Source of the DNA: Tubulanus polymorphus
Taxonomy: Eukaryota > Animalia > Nemertea
Direction: 5' to 3'
Assembly (NCBI RefSeq): GCF_964204645.1
Contig: NC_134027.1
Coordinates: 19,368,560 to 19,432,559 of the forward strand
Length of the DNA: 64,000 bases
The stretch's first letter is position 1; each line of letters begins with the position of its first letter. The notes below the pieces were generated by a model, which saw nothing but the letters and a program-made list of their open reading frames with translations, was not told the DNA's origin and searched no databases. Positions 12,938-25,888 of the stretch are shown here, in pieces. Position numbers and translations under genes: made by a program.

Positions 12938-13841
12938 TATGAGCGAGCGTGTGTTTGTGTGTGCAACAGTTTAATGTTTAGCAAGCACTCTTGCGCAAGT
13001 GGATGCCTTGTGTAGTGAACGTTCGCTTCACTTCAATCTCAATCACCAATCACCGGGTATTAAAATGAAACAATACCTTTGGCGATATGTGAAATAATTA
13101 TATTCTCACCAGTAAGGAGCATTAAAATTCGCACATATACGGCACCAGTCCAATGAAACGTTCGCCATTAATGGCTTTCCCATAATTATTTTAGTAGCGC
13201 CGGAATTCCACGTATATCCCAAAAACAGCCAATCACATTCGCTCGTAGAGACGACGCCCTCGATCGAGGTCATTGCGAGGTTATGCGCAAGGGCAAAGAA
13301 TTTTCCCGCCAAAAACAGTTTTTCGTCGAATTTAAACAAAGTTGACCATTATGTCATCGACGGAGGTTCGTCATGTCTTCAATCGCATCGTTTATACGTC
13401 GTAACCCGAGAACCGATGAAAAAAATTCTCACATGAAAAACGTACCTCCTCATCATGAAATCTTATAAATAAGTACTGTGAATGCAAGGATAAAACGGCT
13501 CTAATCAATAGAAATAGATTTAAAGGGGGAAACGTCAATTAAAAATATATTGGTAAAAATTTTATTTTACCCCGTCACCCAATGTTGTAATTTGCACACC
13601 AAAATTCATGGACCATTACAGATTTCAAATGTAAAGAAAATTGAACTCAATAGATATGCACTCTTTAGGCTTTATATTTCAATATCAACATCTGATCTTT
13701 TCAAGGAAACAACAACTTCTTGCTTAAAATCGAGCAGAACTTGCCTTCAAAAATTTGACACACTTAGGTCATGGAGGCAGTGATTGTGCAATGCCAACCA
13801 GTGAAAGGTATTGTAAGGTGCTGTCATCTCTTGGGGCTTAA

Positions 13842-15363
13842 AGGGTAACTGACACTTTTTTAAAGATTTTCTACTTTTTACACTAAACGATATATTATAG
13901 TATACAATAAGGCTAGGTGATTTCATAATTGGAAAAATCTTTTCAATCTAGTCAGAATAGATGATTTTGATGTTCGCGCACCTGTTCAGTGTATACTTTG
14001 CTTCTGCTGAACGCGTGGTACTGTGTCTATTAATAGAACTATGTCACTAAAGTAACGGCTCGGAAATGATGTCTGTAGAAATGAATAGGAAATAAGCTAC
14101 AAGAGCAATTCAACTTAATTTTATACCTATTTGGCATTCGAATTGAGACAAAATGCCTCTTGATTTTGAAAGTCTACATATTTATGATTATAATTAGCTG
14201 TTGAACGGACCATATCCGTTCAAACTAAGCGCAAAAATAGGATTTGAATAGCCATCCATGGCATTTTCTAGTAGACAGCAGGGCCGCGAACATGGATGTT
14301 TAAATCATCGTTTTGTAATATCATTTAGTGATAGTAAGTAAGATCATGGTTAGATCTAAGAATATTTTCACTTATGAACTGATGATGAAACTTAGAGAGA
14401 ATTAGCCGCAAGAATAATTTCCAATCTAAGAATATTTTCACTTATGAACTGATGATGAAACTTAGACAGAATTAGCCGCAAGAATAATTTCCAATTCTTT
14501 TCTTGAAATATACCTCGTATTGGTAGCGGCTTTGGTCACAAAATAAGAATATTTCCTCATCCATCCTATTTTAAAACTTAGAAATAATGTTTGTGAAAGA
14601 TTTGTGATGTAATCTATCAACACTCTTCTGCAGCGTGTAACTTTAATCGAAAAACATTAATCCTTTGAATATTTGTTGTCAAAGCTGTAGAAATTTATGA
14701 AAGTTTTTGTAGAGTTTTGAAGTGTTAGTTTTCAAACTAGGCCTACTTATCTTAAATGACTTTGAAAAATAGTAAATAGTAAACGAATATGAATCTATTT
14801 ATTCTTTAGCGAGATCGAAATCCGTGATCAAATAAGACACTGTAGTATGCTTGTGGTGCTGCACTATTGGTGAACTATGGAGCAGCAGTAACAGTGCTGA
14901 GAGCTTAGCATAGTGTACTTTAAAATAGCTTCATAGCAGCGGATTGAAATCTGCATCTTCAATTTGATCGATTTAGCCTATTCAAATTACTCATTGATTC
15001 TTTGAAACAGGTTTATGCAATAGACAATAGATCCTTTTACCTCCCTGGCCAGTTTCAAAGCTGTAAAACAATCTGGCATTGAGATATAACAGAAAATACA
15101 CGCAGTTTCCTCAAAATTCAACGCATTTCTATGGACGCTATTTCTCAGCTCTGCCTGTAATGACGTTGCAGCGCGCACCTGCTGATTTAGCCGACGCTGA
15201 ACAGTAAGCGATGTTTAAACAACGAAATGAGGTCAAAAATCTTGTTACAAAATCACAAATTGCGCGTTAACTAAACATTTTGGAACAGAACGGTTGAAGA
15301 TGAGTGTATAGATCAATAGAATACATCATATTTTAAAATTTAAAAAAAAGTGTCAGTTACCCT
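13842..15363. mobile_element. Non-autonomous Kolobok-like DNA transposon
   Basis: TTAA on both sides; TIR agggtaactgacactttttt / aaaaaagtgtcagttaccct; internal ~70-bp tandem duplication at 14354-14494; right end repeated at 57367-57643. Confidence 0.8.
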
Positions 15364-15385
15364 TTAAAAGAACTACTTTTATGTT

Positions 15386-16334
15386 GCGATTCTACAACAT
15401 TGGTTAATAATGGACACATATTAATAAAAAGGGTACCAACCGACCCCGAAGATGCTGTTGCAAATTAGCAACCCGGGTTAACATAGGGTTAAATTGCATC
15501 TCAGGACCCCAAACCCCCAATATTTGGTTTCGCCGTCCATGCCGCTCATATGACATTGTCGTCAGGTTGTGTTACATCCTTGCCCTTTTATTAATAATTA
15601 TAATTATAAATACATGTAGTGCCCTTCTGAAATTTGAAGGTAGTTGATTATAGCTCCGATCCGCCCCTGCCCATAACTGGACCATATTCATTATGACAAG
15701 TTCGGGACCATGATTCACTTATGAATGCGTCTTTTTCTTGTGTGGGCCGGCAGAGAAACTGGCGTCACAGACCTTTATCAGAGGCAAGTTTTCCACTTTG
15801 ATCCACTTGTCCATCATCAAGCGATTCTACAACATTGGTTAATAATGGACACATATTAATAAAAAGGTAGCAAGTTTTCCACTTTGATCCACTTGTCCAT
15901 TATCAAGCGATTCTACAACATTGGTTAATAATGGACACATATTAATAAAAAGGGTACCAACCGACCCCAAAAATGCTGTTGCAAATTAGCAACCCGGGTT
16001 AACATAGGGTTAAATTGCATCTCAGGACCCCAAACCCCCAATATTTGGTTTCGCCGTCCATGCCGCTCATATGACATTGTCGTCAGGTTGTGTTACATCC
16101 TTGCCCTTTTATTAATAATTATAAATACATGTAGTGCCCTTCTGAAATTTGAAGGTAGTTGATTATAGCTCCGATCCGCCCCTGCCCATAACTGGACCAT
16201 ATTCATTATGACAAGTTCGGGACCATGATTCACTTATGAATGCGTCTTTTTCTTGCGTGGGTCGGCAGAGAAACTGGCGTCACAGACCTTTATCAGAGGC
16301 AAGTTTTCCACTTTGATCCACTTGTCCATCATCA
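15386..16334. repeat. Near-identical local tandem duplication (~520-bp period plus a ~86-bp partial unit)
   Basis: gcgattctacaacattggttaataatggacac starts at about 15386, 15821 and 15908; downstream ~430 bp is repeated almost exactly. Confidence 0.9.
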
Positions 16335-17136
16335 ACTTCAATGCAAGAATCCAACAATCCAACAATAGCAAAAATCTGGCCGAGGGGCATAAGTAACTGT
16401 TAAATTAAGTTACTTCATTTATAGTTCTAATCGGACAATTAATCAGCCTCACAGTTCTGGAGTAATGCTCAGTCCAGTATTGCAGCCCCAAGCCCGAGAA
16501 AATTTTGAAATTTGCCAACCTCAAATGTAATCTCAGCATTAGTGGGAAAATTAAATTTTCACACATCTAGAATAAGGGAATCCTATCATATTTTAGCTTC
16601 GTTCATCCATGAGTTCTGCTCAAGTGGAAAAGTCGTAGGCTTGATCCGCCCCAGTAATGGAAGTCTTCAGTAGAATGATATGTGAGAAATATAGATACCA
16701 AAACCACAGTTTCAGTTACACAAACTTCAGCTTTATTTTATACTACACGTATTTATAAAATTGAACAACTAGAAACAAATCAAATCCAAAAACTATATCA
16801 TTTATCACCAAGATCGGTAGAATCATTCTCAACCAGCAACTTCTAGGCTATAAAATATAATATAATCATTAATTCATAATTTTGAAACAAATTAAGTCAT
16901 AGGTAGTCGGAAAGAATTCCATAAATTAGGGGTCCAGGGACTTTGGAAAGTGGTCTGAAATGCTTGACAATCTGATAATCTATAAATTCAATGCCCCTTG
17001 GGTCGCCTCCATTACAAATTACAAATCCGGTTCAATTTCACTCTTTTATCGATCAAGTGATCATCCGGACGTCTCAGGATTCGACATTCTGGCGAGGTGG
17101 TTTAGTTGCTGAGTGGAGCCGTGCGGTTAAGATGAT

Positions 17137-20100
17137 AAACTAGGGGTCCAGGGACACCATGCCCACTTGGGAAGTGGTTTCAAATGCTCAACAATTCAAC
17201 AATTTCAATATTCAGCGCCCCCTGGTGACCATATACAAAAAAAAAATGACCTTGAAACTCACCAAAATCATAGAATATATCAGCAGCTACGAATTTTGTA
17301 ATTGATTGTGATAACAAAATATGCCTCAATACCAATTCAATATGGAAATACTAAGTACGATTACGATTTATTTACACTCCAACCATTTCCATGGTATATG
17401 GAGGAAAACTATTACACGTGTATATACAAATATTTACAAAACAACACTGAAGTGATTAAAATTTAGAGAATGAAAACGTAACGAAATATATATAAACATC
17501 AACTATTTACAATACTATATATACTATTATATACATCAACTATTTACAATACTATATATACTATTGGAGGGATCTATATACATCTAAGCCGGTCTTAATG
17601 AATTTAGCTAAGTTGACCGTTGGGTTTTTCAGAATATCAAGGGTATTAAAGGTATTCAAATTCAAAAAGTTTTTGCGTTGTTCGTTAAGTAAGGTACAGT
17701 CAAACAGAAAATGGGATTCGTCACCTAAAGTATTACAAGTGGGGCATATTCTATCGGCTCTGTCTAAATGAAGGTTTGAAGATTTGTTCACAGGTAAAAT
17801 ATAGGACCCGACCCTAAATTCAAATAAACTAGTTCCTAAGTCATCACCAAGTTCTATTATATACTTCTCTAACCTAATATCATTTTTATATTGCCTAAAG
17901 TTAGTGTATATCGGATTAGTATTTATGGCAGATACAGTTCCTTGAAGGTGCTGGTCACGGAGTATCTGTTTTATTCGTTTTGAAAAAGATTTACTGTTAG
18001 TCATGAATTGCTGCGTCCAAATGCAGGACAAACCACAGTCATCAAACGTTTTCTTTATATATGATAACCAAGGGCTCTTAAATTTATCCCTTAAAAATAA
18101 ATTGAAAGATATTTTATAGAGTATTGAATTAAGTTTGGTTTGCTTTCCAGATACTGTTTTCACCCAAAAGTTAATCATCCTGCGTCTAACATCTATATTC
18201 AAAGGGTAACGTCCTAGCTCTGATAAAACTTGTAAGTTGCGTGAATATTTCGTCACTTTCATTAAGATTTTACAGAAGAAGCAATGAATATTTTCTAATA
18301 AATCAAGATTTTCGTATCCCCAGATCTCACACCCGTACATGGCTATTGGAGCAACACACGTATCAAATAATTTAAACATAACATCTATGGGCAATTTCAA
18401 ACATCTGCCTTTTTGAACGATCGAAAACATAGCTCTGATAGCTTTATCGTAAAGATACTTTTTTGCCTTAGCAAAGTTACCATTCCAATTGAATTTTACT
18501 CCGAGATAAACATAATCTTCAACTACCTCTAACTCTTGATCACCAAACATAAATTTCGAAATCGTTTATATCCGGGATTTACTTCGCGCAAATACTAGTA
18601 CTTTAGTTTTCTCTGAGTTAACAGTGAGACCATTAGCCGCGCAATATTCAAATAAGGTATCTAAGTGTAGCTGAAGAGATTTCTCATCCTCAGCAAGAAT
18701 AACTGTATCATCTGCGTACAGTATTATGAATAAATTCAGTAAAGTATCAATATCCTGATCACGATTCAAATTTAGTTTTTCTATAAAATGACAAAGTCGG
18801 TTTTCCACGATCAATGAAAAATTCTTCAATGTCGTTTAAGAATAACGTAAAGAGGATAGGTGAGAGATTTTGGCCTTGTCTTAAGCCTCTATCAGCTGCA
18901 AAGTATTGTGACGTGCCACCATTTAATTCAACACATGATTTTATGGAGTTATACATATTTTTGACCACATTGAAAAAGTTTCCATTAACACTGTTAGCAA
19001 TTAATTTTCGCCATAACGTTACCCTACAAATCGAGTCGAAAGCTTTCTTAAAATCAACAAAGGCGCAAAAAAGTCTTCTTCCCTGACAAAGATACAGCTC
19101 TACGATTGTTTTAAGCATGTAAATATGATCAATGGTGGAATATTTCGATCTAAAGCCAGCCTGGGCTTCACTTATAATGTGATTCGTATCTAGGAATGTT
19201 GACAATCTTTGATTTAGGATACTTGTAAATAATTTACCAAGACAGCTAACTAAGGTAATACCTCTATAATTATCAGGATTAGAGGGATCGCCATTCTTTT
19301 TGAAAATGGGTTTGATGACGCCTATAGACCACATCTCTGGAACATATCCTGTTTTAAGAACTAAATTGAATAATTTTTGTAATATATCAACCAAAAACGG
19401 ATACTGACTAAACCCCAACAGCTCATTCGTGATTCCATCAATGCCTGGGGCCTTATTGTTTTTGAGTAAAGAAATAGCCTTAATTACCTCATCACTGGTT
19501 ATATCACTGTTCAAAATATAATTGTCATAGACAGGATGGTCACCCACGTCTGGGGGCTCATCACCGTCATTGGTTTCATTGTTAACATTATTCAAATCAT
19601 TTAATCTCATAAAATGTTCAAGAAAGATATCAATATCTATATTAGCCTCATTATTTTTTGTTCCGCTCGCAGATTTTAGCATCGACCAATACTTATTTGG
19701 GTTATTAATTTCGCATTCTCTCAATTCCTTAATAAATTCATCCTTTTGTTTCTTCTTATTTCCTCGGATGACCTTTTTATAGTTTTTAGACAAGTTCTTA
19801 AGGGATTCAAAATTGGAAGGGGTAGGGCAACCCCTATATCTTTTTTTCATATAATTATATTTCTTCTGTGCATCTCTACAGTCCCTGCCAAACCATCTGT
19901 TGCGGACCGGTTTTTTGCAGTTATTACTTTTCCTACTTTTTCTATGGTACATCAAATTACACTCATCAACACTTGATAATAAAGAAGATACAAATCTATC
20001 GGTAATCTATCCATTAATGTCATCTGGCGATTGATTTCCTAGATCTTGCAACCCGTCCAACAGTAACTTATCTAAATCATTATCTCGTAATCTTGATTCT

Positions 20101-23003
20101 ACATTCAGGAAAAAATTGATTTGATCTAGTACTGACCCATCTAATTGAAGTGTTAAAGTTCGAGTGTTCATTGCCCCTTTCATTATCACTAGCAATGGTG
20201 TCCCTAGAATTCGTATACACGCACAGATTAATAGGATTATGTCCATCAGATAATAATGGGTCAAAAGGCATTATTTCAAAGTCCTCAACATAACCAAACA
20301 GTTCTAAATCACACACAAAATAATCGATGACACTAGTGTTCCTAAAAGTATAATTACCTGTCTGATCATTGCCACATCTGCCATTGAGGATAATTAGTGA
20401 ATGGTTCTTACACAAATCTATTAGTTGATAGCCTGTATTATTCTTTCTTTTGTCCTGATTATTTCTAGTAGTGGGAACGCCTAAATTAATCAATGAGTCA
20501 ACAATAGGGTCTAAGTTATCATCTTGAATTATCTGATTATCAGGTTCCAAAAAGTCTGGCATACAAGCGGTGTGAGCATTAAAGTCACCAGAAATTAACA
20601 CATTGAAATCATACTCAACTTTCAATTGCAATAACTCTATTTCAATTTCTCTGATAGCTATTCCTGAATAATAACGACTATTTTCTGGAGGAATATAAAT
20701 TACACCTAAAAGTACATGTTTGTCGCGATTAAATAAATCTTTATCTAATAAATACCAAGATACAAACTGAGAGTCAGTCGAAATTGGTTTTATTTTATTT
20801 TTCATGAACTTCCTATATATGATACCGACGCCACCTGATCCTTTTTTTGAAAACTTTTTCCTATTTTTAAAGTGCGCCATATGGGAGGCGGGCAAGCTAC
20901 AACCTAAATTACCGTCTAAATCATCTAAGTGAGTTTCAGTTAGACATGTGATGTCATTATTGCTAATAAATTCACAGAATTCTGGGATATCGAGTTTAGC
21001 TATAAGGCCACATACATTCAGCGTAGAAAACTTTAATGATGATTTGATACAAGGAATTTCACTTATGTTCGCTGCGTTTGCTGTACTAGTTACATTTTGC
21101 TTATTTAAATCAGAAGTGTTAACATTTCGCTTATTTACATCAGAAATGAAATTGTTAGGAGTTACATCAGGTACATGATTGTTACTATTTACATCAGGGT
21201 ATGTATCTACCGTATGAGAATTTACATGCGAGCCAACGATATCTCTATTTACATTTGGATAACTGTCACATAAATTTACACTATTTATAAATTCTATAAC
21301 ATAACAACAACTTCGACATACAAGGACAGTCCGGTCTACGAATTGTACGCAAAGTTATTCTACTATCCAACGCCCCCTGGTGACCATATTTAAAACCCAA
21401 TAACCTTGTAACTCACCACAATCATAGAATATGTCATAAACTACAACTTTGCAATTGATCATGGTAACAAAATATGCCTAGGTACTAATATAATAAGGAA
21501 ATACAGAGTTTATTCTACAATTCAACGCCCCCTGGTGACCATACGGAATAACTCATGTCCGTAAAACTCACCACAATCATAGACGATGTCATGAGCTACA
21601 AACTTGCAATTAATTGTGGTAACAAAATATGCATAGGTACAAATATAACATAGAAATAGAATTGTATTATTCAACGCCCCTGGTGGCAATATACATTAAC
21701 CAATGACCTTGAAACTCACCAAAATCATAGAACACGTTATGAGCTTCAACTTTCCAATTGATTGTGGTAACACAATATGCTTAGGTATCAATATAATGTG
21801 GAAAAACTGTGGAAAATCTCAGGTATCAGGGATCCCAACAGTAGTTACCAAAAAATTGGAAATCAATTTGGCCTCATTCTGTCGTCTAAGCGCCGTAGGC
21901 GCGAAGCCACCCTTCGAAAATTTTTGAAATTTGAGGCAATTCCGGGCATCCGAGAAATCTTGGGTCCGAATCTAGCAAAAATTAATATCAGTTTGATGTG
22001 GAAGCCATGTTTGATTTATAACATCGAAGATGTATCGAAGATTCGGATTGGTGGTTGAAATCTTCAAACAAACAATTGAAAGCGGGTTCAAATCCTTGAA
22101 GCAGCAGCCATTTTTCTCGGTAGAAAGATTTTTCAGTAGTTAAAATTAATTTTATTCGAATATAAAAAAATACATTTACGGGCAGTCGACAATTTGGATC
22201 CATTGGTATTGATTTATTGAATAGTTTTGATTGACAATATGTATGCATCACGCGCACGTCAGTCTGATCATTACTGCTGTGCGCTGATCAATAGCCCACG
22301 TTAACGCAGTGTGAGGCGCATGTATGAATGCTATCGTACATTGTTCCACTATTTTCTTATTCATATCGTGTCAGCACGTGGCCGCCTACAATACTGTACT
22401 TCAGTACGCAGTACAGTAACGATTTTCTAGATGTACGCTATCAAATTTATCGATCTCAGAGACCATAAACATTTTTTTTAAGTCGGAAGATTGGGATCCC
22501 TGGGTATAAAACACCCCTTTCCAAAGAATACCCATCAAAAATTGCAATGAGTAATGGCGAACCAGTAGGAAGCTACAGGACTCAGGATCCTGGCCAAAAT
22601 TGACATTATTGGGCACAAAAAGGGTCACAGGACATTTTGCGTCCAATTGACCCAATTTTTCTTACGCTGATGGGCCCTTGGGGGATTCAAATACATATGA
22701 AAGATCAAGGTAAATTGACCAAAACGTCTTCAAAATTTCCCTCAAAAAGTTCAAAAATGTGTAAAAAGTGCTGATTTTGGCGAACAACAATGGCTGCCAG
22801 TCAGCCATCTTGATTCTGTCAGGGCCAATTTTTGGGCTGAAGATGTGTCTAGGGTAGATACATGTGTAACCCAAATATCAAGGCATTACATCGAAGCGTC
22901 TTCAAAACTTCCCAAAATAATCGGATTCCATCTACCGATGGACAGACGGCCGACGAAAAGTGAACGCAATAGCCCGCTGGGACTTAAGTCCCAAGTGGGC
23001 TAA
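17137..23003 (-). mobile_element. Helentron-associated (HINE-like) non-autonomous element with ~154-bp internal tandem repeats, interrupted by a LINE and by a second insertion (~21805-22460)
   Basis: Sub-TIR gcccacttggga at 17161 and inverted at ~22990; terminal hairpin; GAC(G)-type microsatellite near 22940; CTAG-T 3' end on -; uninterrupted copy at 53866-55135. Confidence 0.75.
17357..21351 (-). mobile_element. RTEX-like LINE, nearly full ORF2 (APE endonuclease + RT) with frameshifts
   Basis: ORF pieces 20080-21351, 18759-19955, 18566-18829 and 17561-18550 carry GDFNA, SDGH, AFVDFKKAFD, LRQG.NLSP and YADD; (AATCGT)n tail; possible AAGT TSD. Confidence 0.95.
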
Positions 23004-24008
23004 AAAAAACAAAGCTTTTAAGCATTTAGACAGGCAACCAGCCTAGACTTGGAATTCGACACGCAACCAGACCATTAACTGATGGCACAGATGTTCTCCC
23101 CAATTCCTCGAATTTTTCAGCGGATTATCTGGATTGATATCCGGACGTGATAATAGAATTGACCCCTAGTGAGCATATACAGAAACTAATGACCTTCAAA
23201 TTCACTATTCCAGTGCCCCCTGGTGAACGTATGAGGAAGCCAATGACCTAGTAAATCACCAAATCAAAGAAAGCATTGCGATCTACAACTTAGCTATTGA
23301 TTGTGACTTCAAAATACACTGGGGGTAATTTTACTGGGGGCAATTGTCCTGGAGGGAATTGTCCCAATACAATTGAACACTTTCCAAAATTCAGTCTAAG
23401 GAGAGATGAAACGTGAAAGCAAAAGCCATCTGGCGCTTCACTCAAAGACTTGGACTCATTATTGTATTCATGCAAGTGTCTGTGTGTCAGAGCTGTATCG
23501 CAAAGTAGTTAGTGCCTATGTGACAACACACTTACCATTGTTCCCATTTTTTATAGGTTTCCCGGCTTCCCATTTTGTAACTTTCACATGTGCCACACCT
23601 TCTTTCTTTGCCTCTTGAAATTGTTGTTTCAAACTTTGACGAACAACTCTAGCACAGATTGATGAGAACTGGACATAACTGAAATCCGATGCAATAAGGA
23701 ATTCCTTAAAAAATTTGACTACTTCGAAGCAGCGAAGATATATAGTTCATTTCCACAAGGAATGGTAACAAATTTTATATTTATAAAGGATGTTCCAATA
23801 TCAGTGGTAGGTGCTAATTTAAAGCAAGGTTGCTTGTCGGGTTTGAGACACCTATCGTCCCCCACGCGCATTCAAAACACATATCAGACATCACACGTTC
23901 ACACATTCAAATTTACAAAATTACAAATGGCAGGAAGGGGCAAAAAATATAATCCCCTAATATATGATATAAATTTGCAGAATACATCAGTTAGCCTTAT
24001 ATAAATGT

Positions 24009-24154
24009 GGGGTCGTTCATTTAGTATGTACACATGTAGGGGAGGGGTCAAGGAGGCCAGCACTCCAAGACACAGGAAAAATGGCTGACCTTGATCAAAG
24101 GGGGAAGGGGCCAAAATCCATGAATCAATGCGTACATACTAAATGAATGCTCCC
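24009..24154. mobile_element. Short MITE (PIF/Harbinger-like ends)
   Basis: Inverted ends ggggtcgttcatttagtatgtac / gtacatactaaatgaatgctccc. Confidence 0.55.
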
Positions 24155-24977
24155 TTAAAGAATTACGAAAGTTCCTGAGAGAGAATGACACAAAACATCT
24201 TAAAATTAGCAGAATTGGTTTATTCACGCGTGTAAAAGACTTTAGAGGAACTAAAATATTATTTTTTGGTGGCAATTTTTAGCCACTTGAATTTCAAATA
24301 TAATCTTCAAAGTGTAATAATAAATGAAAAGATAACAGAAAGGTCAGTGTATGTTGTACGCTGACCTTGCTGTTATTATAACAGTAACTACATTAAAATA
24401 AATAAATTTATCTAAATCTTACATGTAGTTACTGAGGAGCAGTAAAGTGCCGACTGAGCATCAGTCGGCAATTTTGATATGAAAAAACGACTACGCAACT
24501 GGGTGAGTGGTTCACGCGAGCTATTTGTATGTACATAGTACGTACCATACCGGTACGCAGAGAATATGAAGCACTGTGAACTGGCCACTTTCAGCACTGG
24601 GTGAACAAATATCGTGACCACCCAGTATAGGTGTAAATCAGTTATTCTCCTTAAAAAACCTCTTACAATATCTATCCATGATGATGAGACTAAGATGGCC
24701 GCCAAGGGGGAGAAAAATTGACTGATCAAAGAACCCACATGAGATCTTCCCACCCATAACGAATTATGCCTTTTATCACTGGCATTTGAATAGGGGCTTT
24801 GATGGAGAAATATTTAATAATTCACCAGCTTATTATGTTATTCCTACTTCAATCTTCTGCCATGTTTTATAATGGATTTTACCATGATTCATAGTGTGCC
24901 ACTAGCCTACCTATACTAATACAGGAAACGCTCCTATCTCCATAATGCTTAAATATTTACCAACAAGTAGGCTATTG

Positions 24978-25234
24978 CAGGGTCCGATCTAAGCACTTGT
25001 CCGATTGCCCGGGACAAATATATTCTCATCAGGGCAAGTAGGTAATCATCATCACTTGTCCGCCGGGCTAGTGCAATTCTATGTCACAAAGCTTTTTTCC
25101 CACTCGATACAACAGATGACAGTGCCACCAATCGGACTGCCTGCGAAGGGCAAGTATTTTTTGCAGGGGGCAAGCAAATTTTCAGATATGCTGGCCCCCG
25201 GGCAAGTGGCTTTCATTCCTCAGATCGGACCCTG
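24978..25234. mobile_element. hAT-like MITE
   Basis: TIR cagggtccgatct / agatcggaccctg; flanking direct repeat ctattg; internal repeated gggcaag motif. Confidence 0.7.
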
Positions 25235-25585
25235 CTATTGAGACAGCTGGCAACACAGGAATCCTAAGAGGCCTTTGATTATTACCTCTTACAGAACGCT
25301 CATTAGCCTAATAGAGATAGGAGCATTTTCTGCCTCTCTTTATAAACGAGGCGAACATTGGATCGTGGGTAAAACAGAACTGCAACATCACGGATAAAGA
25401 AATGAAGTGGCTATTTTTACGACGTCATAAAGCCGTCATAAATTCTATTCTTACGAGGGCTTATATTTAATTTAGGATTACGGTCCAGAGGGGAGAGGAT
25501 TAGTGTCAAGAGGGTAACAAGTGGGTCCAGTTTTACCCCTAGGTGCTAGCCTATATGTAGTTGAAACATTCGGTTGGTTTTCAGC

Positions 25586-25660
25586 GAGCTCGATGGTCTA
25601 GTGGTATGATGCTGCGCTAGTAATTTACTGGCCCTGGTTAGAGTCTTGCTCCATCCGCTC
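25586..25660 (+). pseudogene. Degenerate tRNA-like sequence (tRNA-Pro-like 5' half; tRNA pseudogene or SINE head)
   Basis: gctcgatggtctagtggtatgat resembles the A-box region of tRNA-Pro; the B-box is degenerate (ggttagagtc) and the acceptor stem does not close. Confidence 0.45.
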
Positions 25661-25888
25661 AGTTTCATCTAACTAAAACCTCCATTCTCCACACTTTCTT
25701 CCACATTTTCTAAGTCGCGCAAGTCAATTAGCCAATCAGAATGAAACATTGTAAATATAGCTGTCGTCCGTCTACGATGACGTAAAAATAGCCTGAGCGA
25801 TAAAAGAAGGGTCTCGTTCGTAGATGACCTATCATTTTTATAACACACAAACAACTAAGTCAAAGCCCATATCCAGTTATTATTTTGG

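Noticed and set aside
18814-19976. Antisense ORFs over LINE ORF2 (also 35383-37642 and 62127-62342)
   Set aside because: Short shadow frames of long coding sequence with no independent support.
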